This document shows, piece by piece, positions 1-9,509 of a DNA stretch of 64,000 nucleotides. The first letter of the stretch is position 1. Every line of letters starts with the position of its first letter. The stretch lies in assembly GCA_937925635.1 (NCBI GenBank), contig CALALX010000003.1, positions 6,598 through 70,597 of the forward strand, read 5' to 3'. The DNA is from an uncultured Caulobacter sp. GTDB taxonomy: Bacteria; Pseudomonadota; Alphaproteobacteria; Caulobacterales; Caulobacteraceae. The notes under the pieces are model-generated. The model worked only from the letters and a program-made list of their open reading frames with translations, was not told where the DNA came from and ran no database searches. The translations under genes and the position numbers were made by a program.

Positions 1-606
1 ACCCGGGAGATCGATCGCGCCGTCCTGCTGTCGCTTCGGGCTGCGCACAATCCGTCGCTGCCGCTGGCTCCCGGCTGGCTAACCACGGCGGCGACGGACA
101 TCACCGCCCTGGGCTCGGTCACGGTTCTTACCCTGCTGGTGCTGTTTGTCGCCGGTCTGTTCGCGGCGCTGCGGCGCTGGCGAGAGGCGGCCGTTCTGGT
201 GGCGGCCTCCGGCGGCGGCGTCGCGCTGAGCCAGGGTCTGAAGGTCCTGTTCGGCCGCGACCGGCCCGAGGCGGCCTGGCGGCTCGTCGAAGCCGTCAAC
301 CCGAGCTTCCCGAGCGGTCACGCCATGCTGTCGGCGGTGGTCTACCTTACGCTGGGCGCCCTTGTGGCCAGGTTCGCCGACAAGCGACGGGTCAAGGCGT
401 TCGCGCTGGGGGGCGCGGTCGCGGTGGCGCTGACGGTGGGGCTGAGCCGCGTCTACCTCGGCGTCCACTGGCCATCCGACGTCCTGGCCGGCTGGTGCCT
501 GGGCGCGGCCTGGGCCATGGGCTGGTGGCTGGCGGTGCAGGGCTGGGACCGCTTCAGCCCGCTGCATCGGTCGCCAGGGGCGAGCTCGCGGGCGGAGTTG
601 CGGTGA
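1..606 (+). CDS. PAP2-family membrane phosphatase (5'-truncated by window edge)
   Basis: Frame +1 is open from base 1; PAP2 motifs RDRP, SFPSGH and SRVYLGVHWPSDV; hydrophobic helices. Confidence 0.9.
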   Translation, partial: TREIDRAVLLSLRAAHNPSLPLAPGWLTTAATDITALGSVTVLTLLVLFVAGLFAALRRWREAAVLVAASGGGVALSQGLKVLFGRDRPEAAWRLVEAVNPSFPSGHAMLSAVVYLTLGALVARFADKRRVKAFALGGAVAVALTVGLSRVYLGVHWPSDVLAGWCLGAAWAMGWWLAVQGWDRFSPLHRSPGASSRAELR

Positions 607-612
607 GGCATT

Positions 613-728
613 GCGTGGTTCGTGACGCTCGCTTGAAGCTCGCTCCTCACCATGACGATGTTTGGTGAAGCGTCTCTGAGCTCGTCATCCTGAGGAGCGA
701 TCCCTCAGGATCGCGTCGCGAAGGACGC
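613..728. repeat. Pair of CGTCAT-tagged REP-like palindromic units in inverted (back-to-back) orientation
   Basis: The reverse complement of 613-657 (cgtcatggtgaggagcg...cgtcacgaaccacgc) aligns with 683-728 (cgtcatcctgaggagcg...cgtcgcgaaggacgc); lies between convergent genes. Confidence 0.75.
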
Positions 729-733
729 AAATC

Positions 734-1387
734 CTAAGCCAGGCCCGCCTTCTTCAGCGTCTTCCAGGCCTTCAGCACCCGCTGCAGCTTGACCACCGCG
801 CCGTGGTCGCCGCCGTTGCTGTCCGGGTGGCACTTCTTGACCAGCTCGGTGTAGCGCACGCGGATCTCGGCCCGCTCGGCCGTCTCCGGCAGGTCCAGGT
901 CGGCCAGGGCGTTGCGCTCCAGCTTGCCCAGCACGCGGCCGTCGGCGCGTTGCGCCGGCTGCTCGACGCCGGAGCGATCGGCGCGGCCGAAACCGAACAG
1001 ACTGAACGGATCAGCCCACCCCATCGGCCCCTGGGCCTGGGCGGCGGCTTCCCGCGAGCGGTTGGAGGCCTTGAAGCTCCAGGTCGGCCGCTCGCCGGTG
1101 ATCCGCTCGGCCTGAGCCTGGGCGATGGCCTCTTCGGTCATGCCGGCGAAGAAATTCCAGCCCTTGTTGTACTCCGCGGCGTGCGCCTGGCAGAACCAGT
1201 AGAACTGACCGGGCATATTGCGGGCCTTGGGAGCACGGGCGGTCGCCACCGACAGGCAGTCGGAATGCTCACAGCGCCGCTCGCCGGGCTTCAGGCGCGT
1301 GACGTCCTCCGCCGCCTCATCCTCGGGCTTCGGGGGGCGAACGCGGATGTCCACGAACTTGGGGCGGTATTGAAAGGCGCCGGCCAT
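734..1387 (-). CDS. DnaJ-domain protein (C-terminal J domain, N-terminal Cys/His cluster)
   Basis: C-terminal HPD motif (KCHPDSNGGD); N-terminal CEHSDC...FCQAHAAEYNKGWNFF typical of alphaproteobacterial J-domain proteins. Confidence 0.85.
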   Translation of the reverse strand: MAGAFQYRPKFVDIRVRPPKPEDEAAEDVTRLKPGERRCEHSDCLSVATARAPKARNMPGQFYWFCQAHAAEYNKGWNFFAGMTEEAIAQAQAERITGERPTWSFKASNRSREAAAQAQGPMGWADPFSLFGFGRADRSGVEQPAQRADGRVLGKLERNALADLDLPETAERAEIRVRYTELVKKCHPDSNGGDHGAVVKLQRVLKAWKTLKKAGLA

Positions 1388-1439
1388 GCGCCGAAGTATG
1401 GCCCTCAGCCTTTCTCATTCAAGAATTGACCTGCGGAAA

Positions 1440-1712
1440 ATGGCCCCCATATCTGAATCGATCGCACAAAAGCTCACCGATGCGTTCCAGCCGACACGGC
1501 TGGAGGTCGTGGACGACTCCGATCGCCATGCCGGGCACGCCGGCCATCGCGAGGGCGGCGGCAGCCACTTCAACGTCATGATCGAGTCGGGAGCCTTCGC
1601 GGGCGTTCCGCGTGTGATGCGCCAGCGGCAGGTCTACGCCGTGCTCGCCGATGAACTCGCCGGCCCGGTGCACGCCTTGTCGTTGAGGCTGTTCGCGCCC
1701 GGGGAAGGTTAG
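1440..1712 (+). CDS. bolA: BolA family protein
   Basis: LEVVDDSDRHAGH...SHFNV...RQRQVY...VHALSL; ATG at 1440 in the 1386..1712 frame. Confidence 0.9.
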   Translation: MAPISESIAQKLTDAFQPTRLEVVDDSDRHAGHAGHREGGGSHFNVMIESGAFAGVPRVMRQRQVYAVLADELAGPVHALSLRLFAPGEG

Positions 1713-2077
1713 CTGGTCACCAGCCCTGTCAGGGCCCGCTCCAGGTCGCTCTGCCGGAACGGCTTCTGCAAGACCGGGGCGTCGGTGTGGTCGCCCTCGA
1801 CACCGGCCGCGCCGTACCCGCTGGCGAAGGCGAACGGCACGCCACGCGCCTTCAGGGCGTCGGCGACCGGGAAGATCGGGCGGCCGGCCACATTTACGTC
1901 GAGCAGGGCCGCGTCGATCTCGGCCGTGCTGGCGAGCATCATGGCCTCGTCGAAATCCGGGGCGGGACCGACCACCGAGCATCCGAAATCGGCCAACATG
2001 TCCTCGACGAGCATCGAGACCAGCATCTCGTCCTCGACAACGAGCACGCGTAGGCCGGAAAGAGCTTCGCTCGCCAC
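1709..2077 (-). CDS. Single-domain response regulator (receiver only)
   Basis: VLVVEDE, LLDVN phosphoacceptor, FASGY and QKPF; directly downstream of the HWE kinase. Confidence 0.9.
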   Translation of the reverse strand: MASEALSGLRVLVVEDEMLVSMLVEDMLADFGCSVVGPAPDFDEAMMLASTAEIDAALLDVNVAGRPIFPVADALKARGVPFAFASGYGAAGVEGDHTDAPVLQKPFRQSDLERALTGLVTS

Positions 2078-2080
2078 GCC

Positions 2081-3703
2081 TCAGTCCTTTTCAACGAGCG
2101 CCGACATCGGCAGGCGGATGAAGCAGGCCACGCCCTGTTCACGGTAGTCCAGTGTCACGCTGCCGCCGAGCTCGGCGGCGAGGCCATGTTCGAGAAGGCG
2201 CGAGCCGAATCCGCGCCGTACGGGTGGCGAAACGGGCGGTCCGTTTGCTTCCCGCCAGTCGAGTTCCAGGTTCCCGTCCCGCACGCTCCAGGCGATCGTC
2301 AGGATGCCCCTCGCCACGGAAAGAGCGCCATACTTGACCGCGTTGGTCGCCAGCTCGTGGATCGCCAGACTCACCGCCACGGCGGCCTTGGGGCTCAGCT
2401 GGATGTCGGGCCCCCCTTCGAGGATCGTCTGGCCGTCGCCGCCCAAGGCGCCGAGTTCATTGTGGATCACCTCGCGCAGGCGGGCGCCCTGCCAGTTCTC
2501 CCGGGTCAGGAGGTTGTGGGTTTCCGACAAGGCCAGCAGGCGGGCTTCGAACGCTTCCTTGAACTCGGCGGGCGTGCGGGCGCTGCGGAGGGTTTGGTGT
2601 GCGATCGATTGGACGGCCGCGAGCGTGTTCTTGACCCGATGATTCAGCTCGTTGAGCATCAGGCGTTGACGGTCCTCGGCCTGTCGGCGCTCGGTGATGT
2701 CCAGCGAAACGCCCGCCATGCGCTTGGCCGGACCGCCCGGGACAATGGCGTCCGCCCGGCCCCGGGCGTGAACCCAGCGAACCTGCCCGTCGGGCCAGAT
2801 CACCCGGTACTCGATGTCGTAGTCCGAGCCGTCACGGATCGCCGCTTCCATGGCCGCTTGCATCCTGGCGCGGTCGTCAGGATGGATCGACATGACGAGG
2901 TCGTCGAAGCCGAAACTCTCGTCCACGCGGCGCCCGTAGTTCGCCTTGCAGAGATCGGACGCCTCGTAGGCGCGGCTGTCGACGTCCAGGGCCCAGGACC
3001 CCATCCGGCCAGCGTTCAGGGCGAACGTCAGCCGCTCCGCCAGCCGGGACTCGGCGGTATGGCGCGCCTTGCCGTCGTCGTCCGTGTCGTCCCGCGCCCG
3101 CATGGCGTCCATGGCCGCGGCGCCCAAGCCGGCGACGCCCAGAACCAGCCGTTCGTGATCGCCCGTGAAGCGCCCCGGCTCCCCATGGCCGAAGAACAGG
3201 CCTCCGAGGACCCTGCCGGAACGGGACTTCACGGGAACCGCCAGGTAGCTGCGCACCGGCAGATGGCCGGCGGGCATGCCGTGATCGGGCGGCAAACGAC
3301 CATAGCGCGGATCGGCGAGGATATCGTCGGAACGGACCACGCTCTCGCCGGTGAAGGTGGGGGCGAAAACGGCGGTGTTGCGCGGCATCGGGAAGCCTTC
3401 GAACGCCGATCGTGGGGCCCCGGAGAGGCTGAAAAGCATGTAGCCTTCGCCGCGGTCGTCCACGACGTTGTAGAAGAACGCCCCAAACGCCGCGCCGGTC
3501 AGTTCGACGCCGCCATCGACGACCGCCTGGACGATGGCGCCGATATCGTGGCCCGCGGCGATGGCCTCGCCTATCCGGAGCAGGGCGTGCGTTCGCCGGG
3601 TTTCCTCCGCCAGCGCGGCTTCAAGCGCGACGACGCGACCAGCTAAGCTCTCTCCCGCTCCGCGGTCTCTAACGGCTGCAGACACCACGCCCCCCGAACG
3701 CAA
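2081..3703 (-). CDS. GAF-PAS HWE/HisKA_2 sensor histidine kinase
   Basis: ELNHRVKNTL H-box, HELATNAVKYGAL, WRE and GFGSRL; N-terminal GAF and PAS/PAC; start could be TTG 3703 or GTG 3688/3685. Confidence 0.92.
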   Translation of the reverse strand: MRSGGVVSAAVRDRGAGESLAGRVVALEAALAEETRRTHALLRIGEAIAAGHDIGAIVQAVVDGGVELTGAAFGAFFYNVVDDRGEGYMLFSLSGAPRSAFEGFPMPRNTAVFAPTFTGESVVRSDDILADPRYGRLPPDHGMPAGHLPVRSYLAVPVKSRSGRVLGGLFFGHGEPGRFTGDHERLVLGVAGLGAAAMDAMRARDDTDDDGKARHTAESRLAERLTFALNAGRMGSWALDVDSRAYEASDLCKANYGRRVDESFGFDDLVMSIHPDDRARMQAAMEAAIRDGSDYDIEYRVIWPDGQVRWVHARGRADAIVPGGPAKRMAGVSLDITERRQAEDRQRLMLNELNHRVKNTLAAVQSIAHQTLRSARTPAEFKEAFEARLLALSETHNLLTRENWQGARLREVIHNELGALGGDGQTILEGGPDIQLSPKAAVAVSLAIHELATNAVKYGALSVARGILTIAWSVRDGNLELDWREANGPPVSPPVRRGFGSRLLEHGLAAELGGSVTLDYREQGVACFIRLPMSALVEKD

Positions 3704-3725
3704 AAGACACTACGCGTTATCGCCG

Positions 3726-3751
3726 AACGCCTGACGACGCGGCCGAGTTCC
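3726..3751 (-). promoter_or_regulatory. EcfG/sigmaT general-stress promoter (GGAAC-N17-CGTT)
   Basis: Minus strand reads GGAAC tcggccgcgtcgtcagg CGTT, a consensus match just upstream of the HWE kinase start. Confidence 0.7.
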
Positions 3752-3756
3752 CGTCG

Positions 3757-5067
3757 TTAACCCGAATGGTCCTCCAGCCAGGCGCCCTCGGGGTTCAGCC
3801 GGGGGCTGATGCGCAGGCCGGTGATCTGGTTCCGTCGACGTTTGACGACCTGGAACCGGTGGTGATGGAAGATAAAGGTCTGTCCCTCGTCGGGGATCGT
3901 CTGGGCCTCGTGGATCACCAGGCCGGCGATGGTGACCGCCTGGTCGTCCGGCAGGTCCCAGTCCAGCGCTCGGTTCAGGTCGCGGACGGTCACCGAGCCG
4001 TCGACCTCGACCCAGCCATCATCCTGCGGCTTCACGCCCTCGACGGCGGTGTCGTGCTCGTCGTCGATTTCGCCGACGATCTCTTCCAGGATGTCCTCCA
4101 GAGTGACGACGCCCTGCAGGACGCCGTACTCGTCGACAACCAGCGCGAAGTGGTAGCGGCGCTTCAGGAAGGCGTTGAGCTGGTCCTTGAGCTTGGTGGT
4201 GTCGGGCGTGAACCACGGCTTGCGGGCCAGATCCGCGACATCGATCTCATCGAGGCCGACGTCGCGGTCGGACATCTCCTTGATCACGTCCTTCACATGC
4301 AGGACGCCGATGATGTTGTCGGGATCGTGGCGCCACAGCGGCACCCGACTGTGGCCGGAGTCGAGGGCCAGCTTCACCAGCATCTTGGCCGGTTGTTCGG
4401 CGTCAAGCATGAACACCGACTTGCGGTGGACCATGACTTCGCTGACGTCCATTTCGCTGAGGTCAAGCACGCCGCCGAGCATGCGGCGATCGCCGCTTTC
4501 GACCACGCCCTCGGAGTGGTGGTATTCGACCGCGCCGCGGATTTCCTCGTGGGCGGCGAGGACGTCGGTCTCCATCGACAGCTTGATCCCGAACGGCCGC
4601 AGGGTCTGGCGCACGATCCACTGCGCGCCGTTGGCCAGCGGCCCGAAGACCCGCACGGTCCAGTAGGTCGGGATCGACAGGGCGCGCGAGACAGCTTCCG
4701 GGCGGGTGATGGCCAGGGTCTTGGGCAGGATCTCACCGAAGACCACGACCAGGACGGTCATGACCACGGTCGACATCAGCACCCCTATCGCGCCCGGGAA
4801 GGCCGCGCCCAGCACGCTGGTGGTCAGGGCCGAGGCGCCGATGTTGACGACATTGTTCGACAGCAGGATGGCGCCGATCATCGTCTCCTGGTTGCCCATC
4901 AGCCGGTTGATCCGGCCGGCGGCGCGGTCCCCTTCGCGCTCGAGCTGGTGCATCCGGCCGCGGCTGGCGGCCGTCATCGAGGTTTCCGCGGCGGAGATCA
5001 GAGCGCCGATGGCGAGCAGGAAGACCAGCGACGGGGCGAGACCCAGGACCAGGGCCCAGATGTTCAC
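3757..5067 (-). CDS. HlyC/CorC (CNNM-CBS-CorC) family transporter
   Basis: N-terminal CNNM TM region (SAAETS, GEILPK), CBS pair ([25 protein letters not shown]) and C-terminal CorC domain. Confidence 0.92.
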   Translation of the reverse strand: MNIWALVLGLAPSLVFLLAIGALISAAETSMTAASRGRMHQLEREGDRAAGRINRLMGNQETMIGAILLSNNVVNIGASALTTSVLGAAFPGAIGVLMSTVVMTVLVVVFGEILPKTLAITRPEAVSRALSIPTYWTVRVFGPLANGAQWIVRQTLRPFGIKLSMETDVLAAHEEIRGAVEYHHSEGVVESGDRRMLGGVLDLSEMDVSEVMVHRKSVFMLDAEQPAKMLVKLALDSGHSRVPLWRHDPDNIIGVLHVKDVIKEMSDRDVGLDEIDVADLARKPWFTPDTTKLKDQLNAFLKRRYHFALVVDEYGVLQGVVTLEDILEEIVGEIDDEHDTAVEGVKPQDDGWVEVDGSVTVRDLNRALDWDLPDDQAVTIAGLVIHEAQTIPDEGQTFIFHHHRFQVVKRRRNQITGLRISPRLNPEGAWLEDHSG

Positions 5068-6179
5068 GACAGAGCTCCTTCGGAGATCAGGAAGTCGCGC
5101 AATGGCGCCGGGTCGACGCCCTTGGCGGTGAGCGCCTCGCCGATACGTCGGGCGAGGACGAAGGTCAGCTTGCCGCCCTCGGCCTTCTTGTCCTGTCCCA
5201 TGTGGGCGATCAGGCGGTCGGCGTGGAAGCTGGCGCCTTGCGGCAGCGCGTCGAGACGGGTTGGCAGGCCCGCGGCCTTCAGCGCCCCCTCGACGCGGGC
5301 GGCGTCGATGTCGGGGCAGAGGCCCAGCCTGGCCGAAAACCGGAAAGCCATGGCGCAGCCGGCGCCGACGGCCTCGCCATGCTTGAGCGCTTCGCCGAAG
5401 CCGGTCTCGGCCTCCAGGGCGTGGCCGAAGGTGTGGCCCAGATTCAGCAGGGCCCTGCGTCCCTGCTCCCGTTCGTCTTCGGTGACGATCTCGGCCTTCA
5501 TCTCCACCGAGCGGGCGACGGCGTGGGCCAGCGCCTCGACGTCGCCAGCCAGCACCGCTTCGCCGTTACCCTCAAGCCAAGCGAAGAAGGCCGGGTCGCC
5601 CAGCATGCCGTACTTGATGACCTCGGCGTAGCCGCAGGCCATCTCGCGCGCCGGCAGGGTGGCCAGGATGTCGAGGTCGGCCAGCACCAGCCGGGGCTGA
5701 TGGAAGGCGCCGATCAGATTTTTGCCACGCGGCGTGTCGATGGCGGTCTTGCCCCCGACCGAACTGTCGACCTGCGCGAGCAGGCTGGTCGGGATCTGGA
5801 TGAAGTCGATGCCGCGCTTGTAGATCGCGGCCGCGAATCCGGCGAGGTCGCCGACAACGCCGCCGCCGAACGCGACGATCAGGTCGCCGCGATCAAGCTC
5901 CAGGGCCAGGAGTCTGTCGGACAGGTCCGCCAGGCCCTCGAAACTCTTGCTCGCCTCGCCGGCCGGGACCGTGATGACGTCGACCGCCACGCCGGCCCGT
6001 TCCAGCGCCGCCGACAGGCGCTCGCCATGGTGCTCGCCGACGTTGCTGTCGGTGACGATCACGGTGCGACGGTTCTTCAGCAGCGGGACGATATGCTCGC
6101 CCGCGCGATCGATCAGGCCGGGGCCGACGAGAACGTCATAGGCCCGATCTCCCAGGCCCACTGGAATGGTGCGGATCAC
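5064..6179 (-). CDS. aroB: 3-dehydroquinate synthase
   Basis: [44 protein letters not shown]. Confidence 0.97.
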   Translation of the reverse strand: MIRTIPVGLGDRAYDVLVGPGLIDRAGEHIVPLLKNRRTVIVTDSNVGEHHGERLSAALERAGVAVDVITVPAGEASKSFEGLADLSDRLLALELDRGDLIVAFGGGVVGDLAGFAAAIYKRGIDFIQIPTSLLAQVDSSVGGKTAIDTPRGKNLIGAFHQPRLVLADLDILATLPAREMACGYAEVIKYGMLGDPAFFAWLEGNGEAVLAGDVEALAHAVARSVEMKAEIVTEDEREQGRRALLNLGHTFGHALEAETGFGEALKHGEAVGAGCAMAFRFSARLGLCPDIDAARVEGALKAAGLPTRLDALPQGASFHADRLIAHMGQDKKAEGGKLTFVLARRIGEALTAKGVDPAPLRDFLISEGALS

Positions 6180-6730
6180 GCCTCGGCCCCCGCCAGGTGC
6201 TGCGTCAGCGCCGCCACGATGGCCTCGACGGCCTCGTGGTGCGGCGTGTCGCCGGTTTCCACCCGGACGTCCGCCTGGGCGTAGATCGGATAGCGGACCT
6301 CAGCCAATTCCCGCAGGACCTCCAACGGATCCTTGCCGCGCACCAACGGCCGGGTGTCCTTGCGCGAGATGCGGCGCGCGAGCAGCTCCAGGTCCGCCTT
6401 CAGCCAGACCGAAATCGCGCGGCCCTTGATCAGGGCGCGGGTCTCGTCGTTGATGAAGGCCCCGCCGCCGGTGGCTAGCACGTGCGGTCCCTCGTCCATG
6501 AGCCGCGCGATCACCTTGCGCTCACCCTCGCGAAACGCCTGTTCGCCGAAGGTCTCGAATATGTCGCTGATCGTGCGGCCGGCCGCGGCCTCGACCTCGC
6601 TGTCGGCGTCGCGAAACGGCAGGTCGAGCGCCAGCGCCAGGCGGCGTCCGATGCTGCTCTTTCCCACGCCCATGAGGCCGACGAGGGCGATGGTCTTTCG
6701 GCGAAGTCTCGGGTCCGGGGTCATGGCCAT
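6176..6730 (-). CDS. aroK: Shikimate kinase
   Basis: Walker [16 protein letters not shown] and ATGGG; 4-bp overlap with aroB. Confidence 0.95.
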   Translation of the reverse strand: MAMTPDPRLRRKTIALVGLMGVGKSSIGRRLALALDLPFRDADSEVEAAAGRTISDIFETFGEQAFREGERKVIARLMDEGPHVLATGGGAFINDETRALIKGRAISVWLKADLELLARRISRKDTRPLVRGKDPLEVLRELAEVRYPIYAQADVRVETGDTPHHEAVEAIVAALTQHLAGAEA

Positions 6731-6830
6731 CCCCCGCTTACACGACGCAGGCCTTTCCGGCCAAGGTTCATCCCTCCCGCCCGGGGAGAAGGTCTCCCGT
6801 CCGGCGACCGTCCGGTGCTAGGGTCGCGGC

Positions 6831-7922
6831 ATGCGCCTGTCCGCCCTCGCTCTGACCGCCGCTCTTTTCGCCTGGCCCGCGCTTGCGCAGGTCGAGGTCC
6901 AGCCGCTCGCCGCGCCGGATTACTTTTCGCAGGGATCGCGCGACACGGGCCTGCCCGCCGACCTGTGGCGCGGAACCTCGCCGACGGTGGCGGCCGACCT
7001 CATCCCGACCATCGGCGACAAGCCCTTGACCCCGGCGGCGCGTGACCTTGCCTGGAGGCTGATGGCGACCGCAGCGGTCGGGCCCGAGGGCGTCGGCCGC
7101 GAGCCCGCCATGGCCGCCGCCCGCATCCGGGCCCTGCTGGCGCTGGGCCGCCCGCGTGAGGCATGGGCCGCCGCCGATCGCGCCGCCAACCTGCCGACCA
7201 ATCCCGCTCTGGCCGAGGCGGTCGCCGAGACCGCGCTGATCCTGGGCGAAGACGAGCGCGCCTGCCGCGTCGCCGACGAGCTGTCGATCGGCCGGGGGGA
7301 GGTCTACTGGCTGCGGTTGCGCGCCTTCTGCCAGGCTCGCGCCGGCCAGACGGACGCCGCCCAGCTGACGCTGACGTTGGCCAGCGAGAGACAGCGCGAC
7401 CCCGTCGTCTCCCGGCTCATCGGGGCGGTGATCGCCGGCGCGGGCGATCCGGGCGCGGCCTCGGTGCGCAACGGCCTGGAGTATGCGCTGTCGCGCCGCC
7501 TGGCCCTCGACGTCGCGGCCGCCAAAGGCGCTCCGGCCGCCGTCGCGGCCATGATCGGCGGTCCCGACCCCGTGGCGGAGCCCGCCGATACTGGCGTCGC
7601 CGGACGCCACCAGGCCGCCGTCCTGATCGCCCTGGCTCTGGGCGCGACGCCGACGGCCGAGCAACGCGGAGTCATCGCCCGCCTCGCCGCGCAGCCTAGC
7701 CTGGCGTCTCCGGCTCGCCTCGCCGCGCTCGATCTCGCCGCCGACGCCGGCGCCCAGGGCGAGGTCGCGCTGCTGGTCCTGGCCGTCGTGGGCGAGGCCG
7801 ACGGCAAGGCGCTGCGCGCCGCCGATCAAGCGCGTCTGGTCTCCGCCCTCCGCCGGGTCGGACTGACCGACGCCGCGACGGCTTTCGCCGGGGAGGCCTT
7901 TGCGGCGCTCCAGGTCGAATGA
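6831..7922 (+). CDS. Conserved hypothetical exported Ala-rich helical protein
   Basis: Signal-peptide-like N-terminus (MRLSALALTAALFAWPALAQ); TGLPADLWRGTS and YWLRLRAFC motifs; ATGA overlap with xerD. Confidence 0.75.
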   Translation: MRLSALALTAALFAWPALAQVEVQPLAAPDYFSQGSRDTGLPADLWRGTSPTVAADLIPTIGDKPLTPAARDLAWRLMATAAVGPEGVGREPAMAAARIRALLALGRPREAWAAADRAANLPTNPALAEAVAETALILGEDERACRVADELSIGRGEVYWLRLRAFCQARAGQTDAAQLTLTLASERQRDPVVSRLIGAVIAGAGDPGAASVRNGLEYALSRRLALDVAAAKGAPAAVAAMIGGPDPVAEPADTGVAGRHQAAVLIALALGATPTAEQRGVIARLAAQPSLASPARLAALDLAADAGAQGEVALLVLAVVGEADGKALRAADQARLVSALRRVGLTDAATAFAGEAFAALQVE

Positions 7923-8827
7923 GCGAAGGCTGGACCGACGCGTTCCTGGAGATGATGGCCGTTGAACGCGCCGCGGCCCGCAATACCCTGACGGCTTACG
8001 GCAAGGACCTCGCCGACGCCTCGGCCTGGCTCGCGGCCAGGGGACGGGACCTGTCGACCGCATCGACCGAGGACGTCGAGGCCTACTTCGCCAACCTCGG
8101 CGCCATCGGACTGTCGCCCGCCACCGCCGCCCGCCGCCGCGCCGCCGTGCGCCAGTTCTACCGCTTCGTGCTGGGCGAGGGCTGGCGCCAGGACGATCCG
8201 TCCCGTCGAGTCGAGGCGCCCAGGAAGGGCCGGCCATTGCCCAAGGTGCTGTCGCGCGATGAGGTCGAGCGTCTAATCGCGGCGGCGGCGGCGAAAGACG
8301 GCGGACAGGGTCTGCGGCTGGCGGCCCTGATCGAGCTGACCTATGCCTCCGGCATGCGGGTGTCGGAGGTCATGGGACTGCCGCTGGCCGCCGTCGCCCG
8401 CGATCCGGCCTACCTGATCGTCAAGGGCAAGGGCGGCAAGGAGCGCCTCGCCCCGCTCAACACGGCCGCGCGCGCAGCCGTGAAGCGCTGGCTGGACGTT
8501 CGCAACGCCTTCGTTCCCAAGGGCGCCGCGGCCAATCCCTGGCTGTTTCCGTCTCGCGGCGCGGGCGGTCGGCTGACCCCGCGCCGGTTCTCGCAACTGC
8601 TTGAGGCGGCCGCCCTGGCCGCCGGCATCGACCGCGAGAAGGTCAGCCCGCACGTCCTGCGCCACGCCTTCGCGACGCACCTGCTGGAAGGCGGCGCCGA
8701 CCTGCGCGTCGTCCAGACCCTGCTAGGCCATGCCGACATCGCGACCACCCAGATCTACACTCACGTCGCGGGCGACCGGCTGGCGGAGGTGGTGAAGACA
8801 AAGCACCCGCTGGCGCGTAAGGACTAG
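7919..8827 (+). CDS. xerD: Site-specific tyrosine recombinase XerD
   Basis: GMRVSE and HVLRHAFATHLLEGGADLRVVQTLLGHADIATTQIYTH catalytic motifs; aroK/accA neighbourhood typical of alphaproteobacterial xerD. Confidence 0.9.
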   Translation: MSEGWTDAFLEMMAVERAAARNTLTAYGKDLADASAWLAARGRDLSTASTEDVEAYFANLGAIGLSPATAARRRAAVRQFYRFVLGEGWRQDDPSRRVEAPRKGRPLPKVLSRDEVERLIAAAAAKDGGQGLRLAALIELTYASGMRVSEVMGLPLAAVARDPAYLIVKGKGGKERLAPLNTAARAAVKRWLDVRNAFVPKGAAANPWLFPSRGAGGRLTPRRFSQLLEAAALAAGIDREKVSPHVLRHAFATHLLEGGADLRVVQTLLGHADIATTQIYTHVAGDRLAEVVKTKHPLARKD

Positions 8828-8830
8828 GCG

Positions 8831-9253
8831 TTGCACGGAGTCGTCGCATTGAACCTACGTCAGGTCCTGATCTCCGCCGTCGCGGCGCTCGCCGTCGGGC
8901 CCGCGTTCTCGCAGGAGAGCGCCCCGCGCGCGGCTGACCCGATCTTCGCGCCGCGCGAGGATTCGTTCATCGGACGACTGGGACCGGCCGGGCGCTTCTA
9001 TCCGGATATCGCGGCCCGCGACCGGATCATCCCCGGCGAAGCCGTCATCGAATGCATCCTCCACGCCGATGCGACCCTGCACGAATGCCGGGTGATTTCG
9101 GAGACGCCGCGGCGTCACGGTTTCGGCGAGGCCGCCCAGCGTATGGCGAGGGCGAAGATTCTGCTCGCGGCCCCCCGCCTGGTCAACGGTCAGCGTGTCG
9201 ACCGCGAACCGGTCCGCATGACCGTGCCGTTCTCCCCGCCGACGGCGCACTAG
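8831..9253 (+). CDS. Small exported TonB C-terminal-like domain protein
   Basis: Signal-like N-terminus; FYP..A....GEAVIEC......C.V.SETP..GFGEAA pattern of Caulobacteraceae TonB_C-only proteins. Confidence 0.6.
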   Translation: MHGVVALNLRQVLISAVAALAVGPAFSQESAPRAADPIFAPREDSFIGRLGPAGRFYPDIAARDRIIPGEAVIECILHADATLHECRVISETPRRHGFGEAAQRMARAKILLAAPRLVNGQRVDREPVRMTVPFSPPTAH

Positions 9254-9275
9254 TCTCTGAAGGAGCGACTTACCA

Positions 9276-9497
9276 ATGTCCGATGAAACCCGCGACAGCA
9301 ACGGCACGGTCCTCGCCGACGGCGACAGTGTCACCCTGATCAAGGACCTGAAGGTCAAGGGTTCGGGCGGCGTGACGCTGAAGCGCGGGACGCTGGTGAA
9401 GAAGATCCGGCTGACCGGCGACCCCGACGAGATCGAGGCGAACGTCGAGAAGGTGAGGGGCCTCGTGCTCAGGACCGAGTTCGTGAAGAAGGCCTAG
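9276..9497 (+). CDS. PhnA/YjdM family protein (C-terminal domain only)
   Basis: DSNGTVLADGDSVTLIKDLKVKG...LKRGT.VK.IRL; lacks the N-terminal Zn ribbon. Confidence 0.85.
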   Translation: MSDETRDSNGTVLADGDSVTLIKDLKVKGSGGVTLKRGTLVKKIRLTGDPDEIEANVEKVRGLVLRTEFVKKA

Positions 9498-9509
9498 GGC
9501 CGCTCTCCG

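Noticed and set aside
6770-6800. ccctcccgcccggggagaagg as a repeat element
   Set aside because: Too short and degenerate to support; at most a remnant of the 60962-type family
7919-8827. Tyrosine recombinase as a prophage/ICE integrase
   Set aside because: Housekeeping XerD motifs and core context (aroK, aroB); no att repeats, tRNA or phage genes seen
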